Assembly: GCA_032128115.1 (NCBI GenBank)
Contig: JAQBHB010000031.1
Span: forward strand, 64,001-128,000
Direction: 5' to 3'
Length of the DNA: 64,000 nt
Source: Deltaproteobacteria bacterium
Lineage (GTDB): Bacteria > Myxococcota_A > UBA9160 > SMWR01
Positions 10,096-19,915 of the stretch are shown one piece after another. A model generated the notes under the pieces. The model did no database searches and was not told the origin of the DNA. It saw only the letters and a list, made by a program, of their open reading frames with translations. Position numbers and translations under genes: made by a program. Position 1 is the first letter of the stretch, and each line of letters opens with the position of its first letter.

Positions 10096-11585
10096 GGTCG
10101 ATCCCTCGTCCCCTCGCGGACCACCTGGCGATATACGCTCAGGTCGGCCTTCCGGGTCCGGCGCCAGTAGCGGAACGTGGTGCCGGACCAGTTGTTGGTG
10201 ATCTTCCCGTCGGCGTTCTTGTACCAGCTGTGGTCGGTTTCTGCCCAGACCGTTCCCCGCAGCTCGTGCTGGATTCGCTGGTTGTAGGCCTTCATGGCGT
10301 CCTGGCGCACGTCGATCCACGCCAGGCCGCGCTCGTCCATCTGGCGCAGGCAATCCAGGATGTAACCCGTCTGGCACTCGATCATGAAGATGATCGAGTT
10401 GTGGCCCAGATTGGTGTTGGGTCCATACATCATGAAGAAGTTGGGGAAGCCGGCCACGCTCAGGCCCAGGTACGCCTGGGCTCCGTCCTTCCACTCGGTT
10501 TCCAGCGAGCGGTGGTCGAGGCCGGCGATCTTCATGGGCGCCAGGAACGAGGTGGACTCGAAGCCGGTGGCGAGGATCACGGCATCCACCGGGTAACGGG
10601 TTCCGTCGCGCGCCACGACCGCGTCGCGAATGAGATGATCGATCCCCGCCGTCACCACGTTCACGTTCGGGCGCTCCAATGTGGCGTAGTAATCGTCGGA
10701 GATCAGGATGCGCTTGCCCCCGATGGGATAGTCGGGAACCAGGGCCTTGCGCAGTTCCGGATCGGAAATCTGGTCGTGGATGCTGTCCACGGTCAGCTTT
10801 TCGATGCGCCTACCCAGGAATCGGTTGCCGCGAAACACGGGCCAGCGAAGCTCGAAAGAGAGCCAGAGCCAGGCACGGTAGAGGCGCGCCAGCAGCGGGT
10901 ATCGGGCGAAGCGGCGCTTCTCGGCCTCACTGTATTCGCGATCGAGCTTGGGAAGCATCCAGTTGGCGCTTCGCTGGAAGATGTGGAGCTGCTTCGCCTC
11001 CCGGGCCAGCGGGGGAACGAACTGGATGGCGCTGGCGGCGTTGCCGATCACGGCGACGGTCTTGCCCCGCAGGTCTGCTTCCGGGTTCCAGCGGGCCGAG
11101 TGAAAACTCTCTCCGGCGAAACTCTCGAGCCCGGGGATCTCCGGCATGTGGGGTCGGTTGAGCTGCCCGACACCGCTCACCAACACCTGGGCCGCGATCT
11201 CCCGGCCGTCGCCGGTGTGCAGGTGCCAGAGACCCGCGTCCGCGTCGAAGTGGGCGCGGGCCACGTCGCTCCCGAAGCGGATATGCGGCCACAGCTCGTA
11301 CTTCGTGGCGCAGTGCTCCATGTAGTCCAGGATCTCGGGCTGGGGCGCCCATTTCCGCGACCAGTCGGTCTTCTGCTCGAACGAGAAGCAGTAGGCGAAC
11401 GAGGGCGAGTCGCAGGCCGCCCCCGGGTAGATGTTCTCACGCCAGGTGCCGCCCAGGCGATCGGCCTTCTCGAAGATCTCGAAGGCCTCGCAACCCGCCT
11501 TCTTCAACTGGATGGCGAGGCACAGGCCCGAGAAGCCGGAACCGATGATGGCGACGCGCAGGGGCGTGGGCCGGGGGGGAGTCAC
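10089..11585 (-). CDS. Flavin-containing monooxygenase (Baeyer-Villiger type)
   Basis: GSGFSG, GGTWRENIYPGAACD, FAGESFHSARW (FxGxxxHxxxW), GNAASA, ATGF motifs. Confidence 0.93.
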   Translation of the reverse strand: MTPPRPTPLRVAIIGSGFSGLCLAIQLKKAGCEAFEIFEKADRLGGTWRENIYPGAACDSPSFAYCFSFEQKTDWSRKWAPQPEILDYMEHCATKYELWPHIRFGSDVARAHFDADAGLWHLHTGDGREIAAQVLVSGVGQLNRPHMPEIPGLESFAGESFHSARWNPEADLRGKTVAVIGNAASAIQFVPPLAREAKQLHIFQRSANWMLPKLDREYSEAEKRRFARYPLLARLYRAWLWLSFELRWPVFRGNRFLGRRIEKLTVDSIHDQISDPELRKALVPDYPIGGKRILISDDYYATLERPNVNVVTAGIDHLIRDAVVARDGTRYPVDAVILATGFESTSFLAPMKIAGLDHRSLETEWKDGAQAYLGLSVAGFPNFFMMYGPNTNLGHNSIIFMIECQTGYILDCLRQMDERGLAWIDVRQDAMKAYNQRIQHELRGTVWAETDHSWYKNADGKITNNWSGTTFRYWRRTRKADLSVYRQVVREGTRDRPC

Positions 11586-11710
11586 GGGGAGCCTGTCACT
11601 GGGGGGGCCTCGCTGCCGGATGCGCGGGCCGGAGGATACCAGCTCCCGGGGGGGGGTCCCGGGGGCCGAAACCCCATGGGATTCGGCGATTTGCTAGCCT
11701 GCCCGGCCTC

Positions 11711-13513
11711 ATGCAAGAGCCTCGCAAGGACCTGCGCAATCTGGCCATCATCGCACACGTGGATCACGGCAAGACCACGCTGCTGGACGGATTGTTGCGC
11801 CAGACCGGCGCTTTTCACGCGAACCAGCAGCTGGTGGATCGCGCCATGGACTCGGGCGAACTGGAGCGCGAGCGCGGCATCACGATCCGGGCCAAGGAGA
11901 CGGCGGTCGAGTTCCAGGGCGTCCGCATCCACCTGGTGGATACCCCCGGCCACGCGGACTTCGGAGGCGAGGTGGAGCGGGTGCTGGGCATGGTGGACGC
12001 CGTGCTGCTGCTCGTGGACGCGTCCGATGGCGTGATGCCCCAGACCCGCTTCGTGATGAGCAAGGCCCTGGCCCACGGGCTCCGCCCCATCCTGGTGGTG
12101 AACAAGGTGGATCGTGTCGAGCAGCGGGCCGACGCCGTGGTGGACGAGACGTTCGACCTGCTGGTCGCCCTGGGGGCCAGCAACGAGCAACTGGACTTCC
12201 CAGTGATCTACGCCTCGGCCAAGGAGGGCACCGCCAGTCGCGACCTGTCGCACCCGCGTGAGAACCTGCTGCCCCTGCTGGAGACGATTCTCGAGCACGC
12301 CCCTCCTCCCGATGTCGACATGGAGGGTCCCCTTCAGTTCCAGGCGGTCACGCTGGATCACGATCCCTACCTGGGCCGCCTGGTGATCGGCCGGGTTGCA
12401 CGGGGCTGCCTGCGCCGGGGCGCCACGGTGACGCGCATATCCCCTACCGACCGGCCCGAGTCGTTTCGGGTGACCAAGCTGCTGGGGGCCCGGGGTCTGC
12501 ATCGCGTGGAACTCGACGAGGCCCGGGCAGGCGACCTGGCCGTGGTCGCCGGCCTGGATTCGATCGAGATCGGCGACACCCTGTGTGACCCGGACCACCT
12601 GGAGCCCCTGCCGCTCATCGAGGTGGATCCGCCCACCATGCGCGTGCTCTTCAGCGTGAACACCTCGCCCTTTGCGGGCCTGGACGGGCGCTTCGTCACC
12701 AGTCGCCAGATCGGCGATCGCCTGCGCCGTGAGGACCTCACCAACGTGTCGATCCAGGTGGAGAGCTCGGATTCTCCCGACACCTTCGTGGTGGCCGGCC
12801 GTGGCGAGCTGCAGATCGCGGTGCTGATCGAGACCATGCGACGCGAGGGATACGAGTTCAGCGTGTCGCGGCCCGAGATCATCCGCCGCGAGATCGACGG
12901 GAAGTCATGCGAGCCCGTGGAAGACGTGGTGGTCGAGGTGCCCGAGCCCATGACCGGCGTGGTGGTGGAGAAGATCTCGGCGCGAAAGGGACGGCTCACA
13001 TCGATCGAGCACCGGGGCGATCGCTCTCGCCTGGAATTCATAGCCCCGAGCCGGGGCCTGTTCGGCTACCGGAGCGAGTTCCTGTCGGACACCCGGGGCG
13101 AGGGCGTACTGCACCGCACGCTGCGCGGCTACGAACCGTGGTCCGGCAACCTTTCGAGCCGGAGCCTGGGCGCCATCGTGGCGTCGGACAAGGGCCGCTC
13201 CACGGCACACGCCCTGTTCAACATCCAGCAGCGCGCCTCCATGTTCGTGGGTCCTGGGGTTGACGTCTACGAGGGACAGGTGGTGGGCGAGAACCGCCGC
13301 ACCGGCGACATGAACGTGAATGTGGCCCGCCCCAAGAAGCTCAGCAACATGCGGGCGTCGGGTCGCGACGAGTCGCCGATCCTGACGCCGCCCCGTGAGC
13401 TCGAGATCGAGTGGGGCCTGGAGTGGCTGGCCGACGACGAGCTCCTGGAAGTGACGCCCCACTCGCTGCGCCTGCGCAAGCGCATCCTCCCCGCCAATTT
13501 CCGCAAGCGTTGA
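11711..13513 (+). CDS. typA: Translational GTPase TypA/BipA
   Basis: [49 protein letters not shown]-terminal [15 protein letters not shown]. Confidence 0.96.
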   Translation: MQEPRKDLRNLAIIAHVDHGKTTLLDGLLRQTGAFHANQQLVDRAMDSGELERERGITIRAKETAVEFQGVRIHLVDTPGHADFGGEVERVLGMVDAVLLLVDASDGVMPQTRFVMSKALAHGLRPILVVNKVDRVEQRADAVVDETFDLLVALGASNEQLDFPVIYASAKEGTASRDLSHPRENLLPLLETILEHAPPPDVDMEGPLQFQAVTLDHDPYLGRLVIGRVARGCLRRGATVTRISPTDRPESFRVTKLLGARGLHRVELDEARAGDLAVVAGLDSIEIGDTLCDPDHLEPLPLIEVDPPTMRVLFSVNTSPFAGLDGRFVTSRQIGDRLRREDLTNVSIQVESSDSPDTFVVAGRGELQIAVLIETMRREGYEFSVSRPEIIRREIDGKSCEPVEDVVVEVPEPMTGVVVEKISARKGRLTSIEHRGDRSRLEFIAPSRGLFGYRSEFLSDTRGEGVLHRTLRGYEPWSGNLSSRSLGAIVASDKGRSTAHALFNIQQRASMFVGPGVDVYEGQVVGENRRTGDMNVNVARPKKLSNMRASGRDESPILTPPRELEIEWGLEWLADDELLEVTPHSLRLRKRILPANFRKR

Positions 13514-13514
13514 T

Positions 13515-15098
13515 TCACTGACCCGAGATTGCCGCGAGCGATTCGCGCCAGTCGTCGCGATCGGTGTCCACCACCACGTGCTCACCCGGCGGCAGTTCGG
13601 TGATGGGCTCGAAGCGTCGGGTGCTGGTGGCGTGGAGTTCGGGTCCCGCGTCCGAGGGATCCTCACCGCGCTTGGCCCTCTCGGCCAGACGGCGGAGCGC
13701 TACATCCTCCGCGCAGCGGATGTCGAACACCCGAAACGGGAGATTCTGCATGCGCGCCAGGCCGCGAGCGGCGGCCCGGTGGTCCGCGCGCGAGAAGGTG
13801 GCGTCCAGGATCACGGTCCGCCCCGAATCCACGATCGGCGTCGCGCGCTGGAGCAGTGCCGAGTACACCTTGTCCACCTGGTGGGGCGCGTAGAGGCCGG
13901 CGTCGAGTCGCGCGGCGGCACGGTCGCTGGGCGCCAGGCCCACCAGTCGCTTGCGAACCCGGTCCGACGACACCAGAACCCCGCCGCGGGCGTCGGCGAT
14001 CACCTGGGCGGCGCTCGTCTTGCCCGCACCCACCACCCCCGCCACCAGGATGACGGCACCCTGGCTGCGGGGTTCCAGGGCCTGCTGGGCGAGCGAGAGG
14101 TGCCGACGGGCGCTTTCCGCTGATTTTTCGCGCTGCGCAGCAGCCACTTCCGGGTCGTTGCTGGCAATGGCGGCGACCTTCGCCCGGACCGCTGCCCGAT
14201 AGCTCACGAAGTAGTCGACGACCCGGTAGGAATCGAAGTCGTCGCTGTCGCGCGCGACCTGGCGCAGGAAGCGCTCGGCCCAATCCTCCCGGCCGCGATA
14301 GCGCAGGTCCATCGCCACGAACGCCGCGTCGGCGGCAGCATCGATGTGACGCAGGTCGTCGCGGAACTCCAGGCAATCGATGAGAAGGGGATCGGACGTC
14401 TCGAACCAGACGTGTTGCAGGTGCAGATCGCCGTGCCCGTCCACCGCGCGCCCGTCGCGACGCCGCCTCTCGAAGGCCTCGGTCCGTTTGCTGGCGAAGG
14501 CGTGTGCCGCCTGGGACACGGCCGCCACCTGGTCGGCATCGATCACCCCGGGCTGGGAGGCCAGTGCCAACAGGGTTTCCTCTGCGGGGCCGGTGCACCG
14601 CTGCCACCACTGGTCGCGGGAGAAGGGGGCCGGGATGCCCAGGCCGTGCTCACCGTGGAAGCGAGCCACGCGTGCGGCCACTGCGTCCAGGTGGTGCATC
14701 TCCAGGCGACCCTGCTCCAGGAGGGTCAGGGCATCGCGCCCGGCGGGCAGACGCCTCATCACCACGCAGTGCTCGACCCGCGGATCCGGATCGAGCTTGT
14801 CAGCCACCTCGCCCCATTCGAAGCCGGATCCCGCGGTTCGCAGCGGGGCAATCCCCAGGTAGACGTCGGGCGCCAGGCGGCGATTGAGCGAAACCTCGCG
14901 CTCGCAGTCGGAGTTGCGCGCGGCGCAGGTGCCAAAGTCGACGAAGCCCAGGTTCACCGCCTTGCGCAACTTGAAGACCCGATCCGCCGTCAGGAACACG
15001 TGCGACAGGTGGGTCTGCACGTGCTCGGTGCCGGGCCGGGCGGCGAGCGCCTCGACGAGGCCCTGGGGCAGGGGCTGGATCTCTTTCACGGTCGCCAT
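13515..15098 (-). CDS. Bifunctional aminoglycoside-phosphotransferase-like / P-loop kinase (AAA_33) protein
   Basis: QTHLSHVFL..KLRKAVNLGFVDF, DGHGDLHL..IDCLEF; C-terminal GVVGAGKTS..SSDRVRK..LDATF..DPSDA. Confidence 0.88.
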   Translation of the reverse strand: MATVKEIQPLPQGLVEALAARPGTEHVQTHLSHVFLTADRVFKLRKAVNLGFVDFGTCAARNSDCEREVSLNRRLAPDVYLGIAPLRTAGSGFEWGEVADKLDPDPRVEHCVVMRRLPAGRDALTLLEQGRLEMHHLDAVAARVARFHGEHGLGIPAPFSRDQWWQRCTGPAEETLLALASQPGVIDADQVAAVSQAAHAFASKRTEAFERRRRDGRAVDGHGDLHLQHVWFETSDPLLIDCLEFRDDLRHIDAAADAAFVAMDLRYRGREDWAERFLRQVARDSDDFDSYRVVDYFVSYRAAVRAKVAAIASNDPEVAAAQREKSAESARRHLSLAQQALEPRSQGAVILVAGVVGAGKTSAAQVIADARGGVLVSSDRVRKRLVGLAPSDRAAARLDAGLYAPHQVDKVYSALLQRATPIVDSGRTVILDATFSRADHRAAARGLARMQNLPFRVFDIRCAEDVALRRLAERAKRGEDPSDAGPELHATSTRRFEPITELPPGEHVVVDTDRDDWRESLAAISGQ

Positions 15099-15173
15099 CG
15101 GATCGCGACGAGGGCGTTCAGAAGCCGGCGGCGCCGGACGCGGAAACGTGGGGGGTCGGCATGGGCTCCTCCG

Positions 15174-16163
15174 TCAGGCGATCGAAAGCCACAGGCGCAG
15201 CAGGTGGCGTTTGCGGTCGGGATCCGGGTGATCTTCGTACTGGGTGCGAGCGTGCACAACGGTGTGATTCGCGAGCCACTGGATGTCCCCGGGCTCGAGA
15301 TCCATATCCAGACGGATGTCGGGACTGGATGCGATTTCTTCGTAGAGATCCATCAGAGCCAGCTGCTCCGGCGCGATCGCCACGTCCGGGTGCCTCGCCA
15401 CCGAGCGGAAGTAATCGCTGTGGTAGAAGGTGCGCAGGCGTCCCTCGGCGAATCGGCACGGGGGAACCGGCAGGTAGCGCAACGCCCCCGATGCATCCTC
15501 GTTGCGGATGTCCAACAGGAAGGGCTCGTACAGGCGCTCCACCTGCTGCGGACAGCGTTCCAGCAGGGCGTTGTAGACCGCCACGGAGCTCGCGATGCGA
15601 CTCGCGCCGCCGCTCTTCGCCGTGCGCAGGCACAGAAGCCCCACCACGTCGGCCGCGTCGCAGTGATAGGCGATGGCCGAAGACGTGCGGTACAGGCGCA
15701 CGAACGGGTCATCCGCAGCGTCGCCGGTATGGGTCACGTGACCCAGCAGGTCACCCTGCGGGTTCTGGGCCCCGGGACGTCCCAGGTGCAGGCCCAGGCA
15801 CCAGAAACACAGCTCCGCGTCCTCCCGGGACCAGCGGTCGACGGGCAGGCCCGAGACCACCAGGAACCCCCGGCCGTCGTCGAGCTCGTGGCGCCAGCGG
15901 GAGACCTCGGCCGACACGCTGGGAAGCGGAAAGTCCTGCGCGGTGAGCTCGCCAGTGGTTTTGCCGGTGGCTCGGGCCGTGGCGAGGGCCCGGTCGATCT
16001 CGGCCACTTTGTCCGCGTCCAGGCACACCCGCCATTGCTCGCTGTCGGCCAGGTCGGCGCCGCGCCAGGCCGAGACGACGTTCAGCGGCTCGCGCGCCGG
16101 CGCCTCATGGGGGCGGGAGAAGTAGTGACCCGCCTGCTCGGCGTAGGAGTTGTAGCTCCCCAT
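15174..16163 (-). CDS. TauD/TfdA-family Fe(II)/2-oxoglutarate dioxygenase
   Basis: Start reassigned to ATG at 16163; GRGF, YHCD (HxD), GGASRIASS, NHTVVHAR, RHLLRLWL. Confidence 0.88.
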   Translation of the reverse strand: MGSYNSYAEQAGHYFSRPHEAPAREPLNVVSAWRGADLADSEQWRVCLDADKVAEIDRALATARATGKTTGELTAQDFPLPSVSAEVSRWRHELDDGRGFLVVSGLPVDRWSREDAELCFWCLGLHLGRPGAQNPQGDLLGHVTHTGDAADDPFVRLYRTSSAIAYHCDAADVVGLLCLRTAKSGGASRIASSVAVYNALLERCPQQVERLYEPFLLDIRNEDASGALRYLPVPPCRFAEGRLRTFYHSDYFRSVARHPDVAIAPEQLALMDLYEEIASSPDIRLDMDLEPGDIQWLANHTVVHARTQYEDHPDPDRKRHLLRLWLSIA

Positions 16164-16219
16164 CGGACTCCGGTTTTCTCCCGGATCGGAAGCTACCAGA
16201 CCGGCGGGCGATGGGTCGA

Positions 16220-18088
16220 TTATTCGTCGGGAATCGGCGGCCAACCCGGCATGCGGTTCAGGCTGCCCTCGTAGTGGATCTTGAGCGCCTTGTTCCGGTT
16301 GAAGAGCATCACGTTGTGGAGCCGCATCGCTGCCAATCGCCGGCGCAGGATCTCGGCCGCCGCGCGCTGATCGAGCTCTCCCATCTGGAACCAGCGATCG
16401 TCGAGGATTCCCATGAACAGGGCACGGTTCGAGGTGACGTCCTTGGTGGCATGGATCAGGTACGGGGAGAGAGCCTCGAGCTCCTGGCTGGATAGGTTTT
16501 CCACCGTGTTTCGATCCGGTCGGACGCGATTGGCGTCGTACCACACGAGGCCCATTGCGATGCACATGGCACCCAGCAACAGATGCCGAGCGACGGCCGC
16601 GAATCGCATCGGAGGCTTCGCGACGACTGGCTTGCGGGATGCCAAGGCAGCCGGAGGTTTCTTTGCGTCGCCCCGGGGACCGACAGCACCGCGCCGAGCG
16701 CGTCGGATGGCCTCCGCGCGCTCCGCTGTGGCCGCGGCCTCCTCGGCCCGTTGGGCCACGACGGTCTCCGCCTCCGCCACCCGGGACTGCTTGGCGAATG
16801 GAAGAAAGAGCAATCGGGCATGGAGGTACGAGATCTCCTTCGCCTCCAGGTAACGTCCGGTGGTCACCATCTGGTTGCTGCGGACGCGGACGAAATCGGC
16901 CATCTCATCCATCCACTCGCGCACCAGGACGACCGGATCGATCCCCGCAGCAGACAGCGACTTCTGGAGTTCGTCTACCCGCTGGGCGATGAGGCCCAGC
17001 ACGATGATGCGCTTCGCCAGACGTGCCTGCTCGGAGCTTCCGACGCCCCGAAGATGCGAAAGGTCCCGGTCGTCTACGATCGACAGGTCCAGGAGACCTG
17101 CGAGGGACGCCATGGGACCGGGCGGGCACGCAGCGTTCACGAGTCGCGAATCCAGGGCCGACTCGAGAGCAGCCAGTCCGGGCGAACCCAGGACCGACTC
17201 CGGCGATGCGTCCTGAACCACCGACTCTGCCGCGGTCGCGGGCGGCGCCGATTCGCGAGAAGCAGGGGTTCCGGACTCGGAGGGTCGGACCCTTTGCCGC
17301 GTCTCCGGGATTCGTACCTCCCGGTCCTGCGCTCTGGCCCGGAGCAACTGTTCTTCGCGCAAGACGCGCACGGCGAGGTTGTACGAAACCAGGCAGCGCA
17401 GGACCTCGGGATGGAAGAGCTGTGGGACGATCTCGGTTTTGAACGCCCCCATCTCGCGCACGACCGTGTTGAAGTCCCCGCCCGATTTCACGTGTCGGCA
17501 GGCGGCCTGGAAACGGTTCGTGATCCGGGCCAGGACCTCTGGGGCGATCTCGGGGGCCTCGACGACCATGGCACGGATCAGTTCGCTCACGTTGGCCGGG
17601 TCGACGACGACGCTCCAGCCCTCCTCCGTTTTCGAAATCGAGAGAAGCGTGACCAGGTAGTCGATCAGGCAGAAACGCTCCGGGATCGCGTTCTCGTCTT
17701 CGAGCACCAGGTCGAGCAGTGCCGCCGCCTCCTCCCGCTGCTCGGCAATCGCCTCGGAAAGCGAGGCCCGGAACTGGGCAATGGCAATGGCGTCGGCAAT
17801 CTGGCGCAGGCGCTCGGCGTAGCCGTCAAGCGACTCGTCGATCGCGGCCACCTGGGTGGCCTCGACGCTCACGGGCGCGCCGCGCTGCTTGATGGCATCG
17901 ACGAGTTTCTGGAGGTCGTCGCGCAGGTCTCGCACGCCCTCGTTGCCAGGCAGCTCGCTCGGATCGCGCATGGAGGGGACGAGTGCGCGCTGGGCAGCGC
18001 GGAGCGCCCCGAAGCGCCGCACCCGGGCGAATACCTCGACCCGGGTCAGCGAGACGATTCCAGGATCGGCGTCAGTACGCGTCGACAT
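16220..18088 (-). CDS. Hypothetical protein with a single C-proximal TM helix (paralog A)
   Basis: 622 aa ORF, strongly similar to the adjacent gene; TM LLLGAMCIAMGLVWY. Confidence 0.8.
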   Translation of the reverse strand: MSTRTDADPGIVSLTRVEVFARVRRFGALRAAQRALVPSMRDPSELPGNEGVRDLRDDLQKLVDAIKQRGAPVSVEATQVAAIDESLDGYAERLRQIADAIAIAQFRASLSEAIAEQREEAAALLDLVLEDENAIPERFCLIDYLVTLLSISKTEEGWSVVVDPANVSELIRAMVVEAPEIAPEVLARITNRFQAACRHVKSGGDFNTVVREMGAFKTEIVPQLFHPEVLRCLVSYNLAVRVLREEQLLRARAQDREVRIPETRQRVRPSESGTPASRESAPPATAAESVVQDASPESVLGSPGLAALESALDSRLVNAACPPGPMASLAGLLDLSIVDDRDLSHLRGVGSSEQARLAKRIIVLGLIAQRVDELQKSLSAAGIDPVVLVREWMDEMADFVRVRSNQMVTTGRYLEAKEISYLHARLLFLPFAKQSRVAEAETVVAQRAEEAAATAERAEAIRRARRGAVGPRGDAKKPPAALASRKPVVAKPPMRFAAVARHLLLGAMCIAMGLVWYDANRVRPDRNTVENLSSQELEALSPYLIHATKDVTSNRALFMGILDDRWFQMGELDQRAAAEILRRRLAAMRLHNVMLFNRNKALKIHYEGSLNRMPGWPPIPDE

Positions 18089-19832
18089 TCGACTTCCAGC
18101 CGGGAAGCCGGTTCAGTTCGCCCTGGTAGTGCACCTTGAGCGCGCGGCGCTGGTCGAAGAGCATCACCTCGTCGAGTTTCCGCCACGCGACGCGCTTCCG
18201 GATTTCCTCGCCGCTCCGTCGCCGATCCGCGTCTTCCAGTTCGAACCAGCTCTCGCTCAAGATCCCCATGAACAGGCCCCGGTCCACGTCCTCGCTGGCG
18301 TTCACCAGATACGGGGAAACCTTGAGCAGCTCGCGGCTGGAAAGCTCGTCGATGGTATAGCGGTCGGACGCGAGACGATCGGACACCAGCGTGCCCAGGA
18401 AGAACATCACCAGCGCGGCCGCTACCCACGCCTTGGGCGAGATCTGGATCTTGAAGCGCCGTTCCCGTCTGGGCACGCGCGGGGGCTTGCGCCTGCCACG
18501 CCGGGCCGTGCGCAGGGCGTCGTCCAGGTCCTCGGTGCCCACGCTTGCCCGCGAGGACGGATCCGCGGCCTGCGGCTCTTCGGAGACCGTCTTCTTCGAC
18601 TTCGTGAAGGGGATCAGGCGCGACTGGAGTTCGGAGAGTTCCTTCGCCTCTTCGTAGCGCCCCGAAACGATCAGATCGTTGCTGACCGCACGGATCTGGT
18701 CCGAGAGCTCGCGCAACCACTCTTCCGAGAGCAGCAGCGGGTCGATCCCCAACTTCCCGAGGGCCCCGTGCAGCGCCGGAAGCTGCTGGGCGATCAGGCC
18801 CACCGTGACCACGCGCCGCAAAAGCGGCTGCTGGGGATCGGCGGAATCCGGGCCGATCTTTCCGATTTCGCTCTTCTGCAACCGCGAAAGGTCCAGGCGA
18901 TCCGCGAGCGTTGCGGCGGGACCCCGAAGAGAAGGCCGCCCCGAAAGCCGACACACCAGAGCCGTTTCGATCGCCTTCAGGGCTGTGGATCCGAAGGCCG
19001 ATTCCGAGGGCGCCGCCAATTCCGCCTCGTCCGAATCCGCCATGTCTGCCAGGGTCGCTGCGGCCTCACCCAGTTTCGCGTCCCGGTCGTGGGTTCTCGC
19101 CCGCAGCAGCTGCTCTTCGCGGAAGATACGCAGGGCCAGGTTGTACGAAACCAGGCAGCGCAGGATCTCGGGATGGAAGAGGTGGGGGACGATCTCCGTC
19201 TTGAACGCCCCCATCTCGCGAACGACCGTCTCGAAGTCCCCGCCCGAACGCAGGCGTTCGCACGCGGCCTGGAATCGGCTCATGATGTGGGCCTTGGACT
19301 CCGGAGCGATCTCGGGAGCCTCCAATGCGATGGCGCGAGTCAGCTCGCTCACGTTCGACGGGTCGATGACGACGCACCAGCCCGCCTCCGTCTTCGCAAT
19401 CGAGAGAAGCGTGACCAGATAGTCGATCAGGCAGAAGCGCTCGGGGATCGCAGTGTCGTCTTCGAGCACCAGGTCCAGCAGCGCGGCGGCTTCTTCGCGA
19501 TGTTCGGCGATCGTCTCGGAAAGCGAAGCCCGGAACTGGGCGATGGCGACGCCGTCGGTCACCTGGCGCAGGCGCTCGGCATAGCCGTCCAGCGACTCGT
19601 CGATGGCGGCCACGTGGATGCCATCGATAGCGAGGGGCGCGCCGCCCTGCTTCATGGCATCGACGACCTTCTGCAGATCATCGCGCAGGCCGCGCACGCC
19701 CTCGTTGCCCGGCAGTTGGCTCGGGTCGCGCATGGAGGGGACGAGTGCGCGCTGGGCGGCGCGGAGCGCCGCGAAGCGACGCACGCGGCCGAGTACCTCG
19801 GCGCGGGTCAGGCGGATTTTCCCGAGCATCAT
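18072..19832 (-). CDS. Hypothetical protein with a single C-proximal TM helix (paralog B)
   Basis: 586 aa ORF, tandem paralog of 16220..18088; TM WVAAALVMFFLGTLV. Confidence 0.8.
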   Translation of the reverse strand: MMLGKIRLTRAEVLGRVRRFAALRAAQRALVPSMRDPSQLPGNEGVRGLRDDLQKVVDAMKQGGAPLAIDGIHVAAIDESLDGYAERLRQVTDGVAIAQFRASLSETIAEHREEAAALLDLVLEDDTAIPERFCLIDYLVTLLSIAKTEAGWCVVIDPSNVSELTRAIALEAPEIAPESKAHIMSRFQAACERLRSGGDFETVVREMGAFKTEIVPHLFHPEILRCLVSYNLALRIFREEQLLRARTHDRDAKLGEAAATLADMADSDEAELAAPSESAFGSTALKAIETALVCRLSGRPSLRGPAATLADRLDLSRLQKSEIGKIGPDSADPQQPLLRRVVTVGLIAQQLPALHGALGKLGIDPLLLSEEWLRELSDQIRAVSNDLIVSGRYEEAKELSELQSRLIPFTKSKKTVSEEPQAADPSSRASVGTEDLDDALRTARRGRRKPPRVPRRERRFKIQISPKAWVAAALVMFFLGTLVSDRLASDRYTIDELSSRELLKVSPYLVNASEDVDRGLFMGILSESWFELEDADRRRSGEEIRKRVAWRKLDEVMLFDQRRALKVHYQGELNRLPGWKSNVDAY

Positions 19833-19915
19833 GGCTGTCTAGGGGCTTCGGCCGGACCGGGGGCCGGCCTTAGACGCAAGTGGAGGATCTATCTATTGAT
19901 TTCGAAAGATATATT

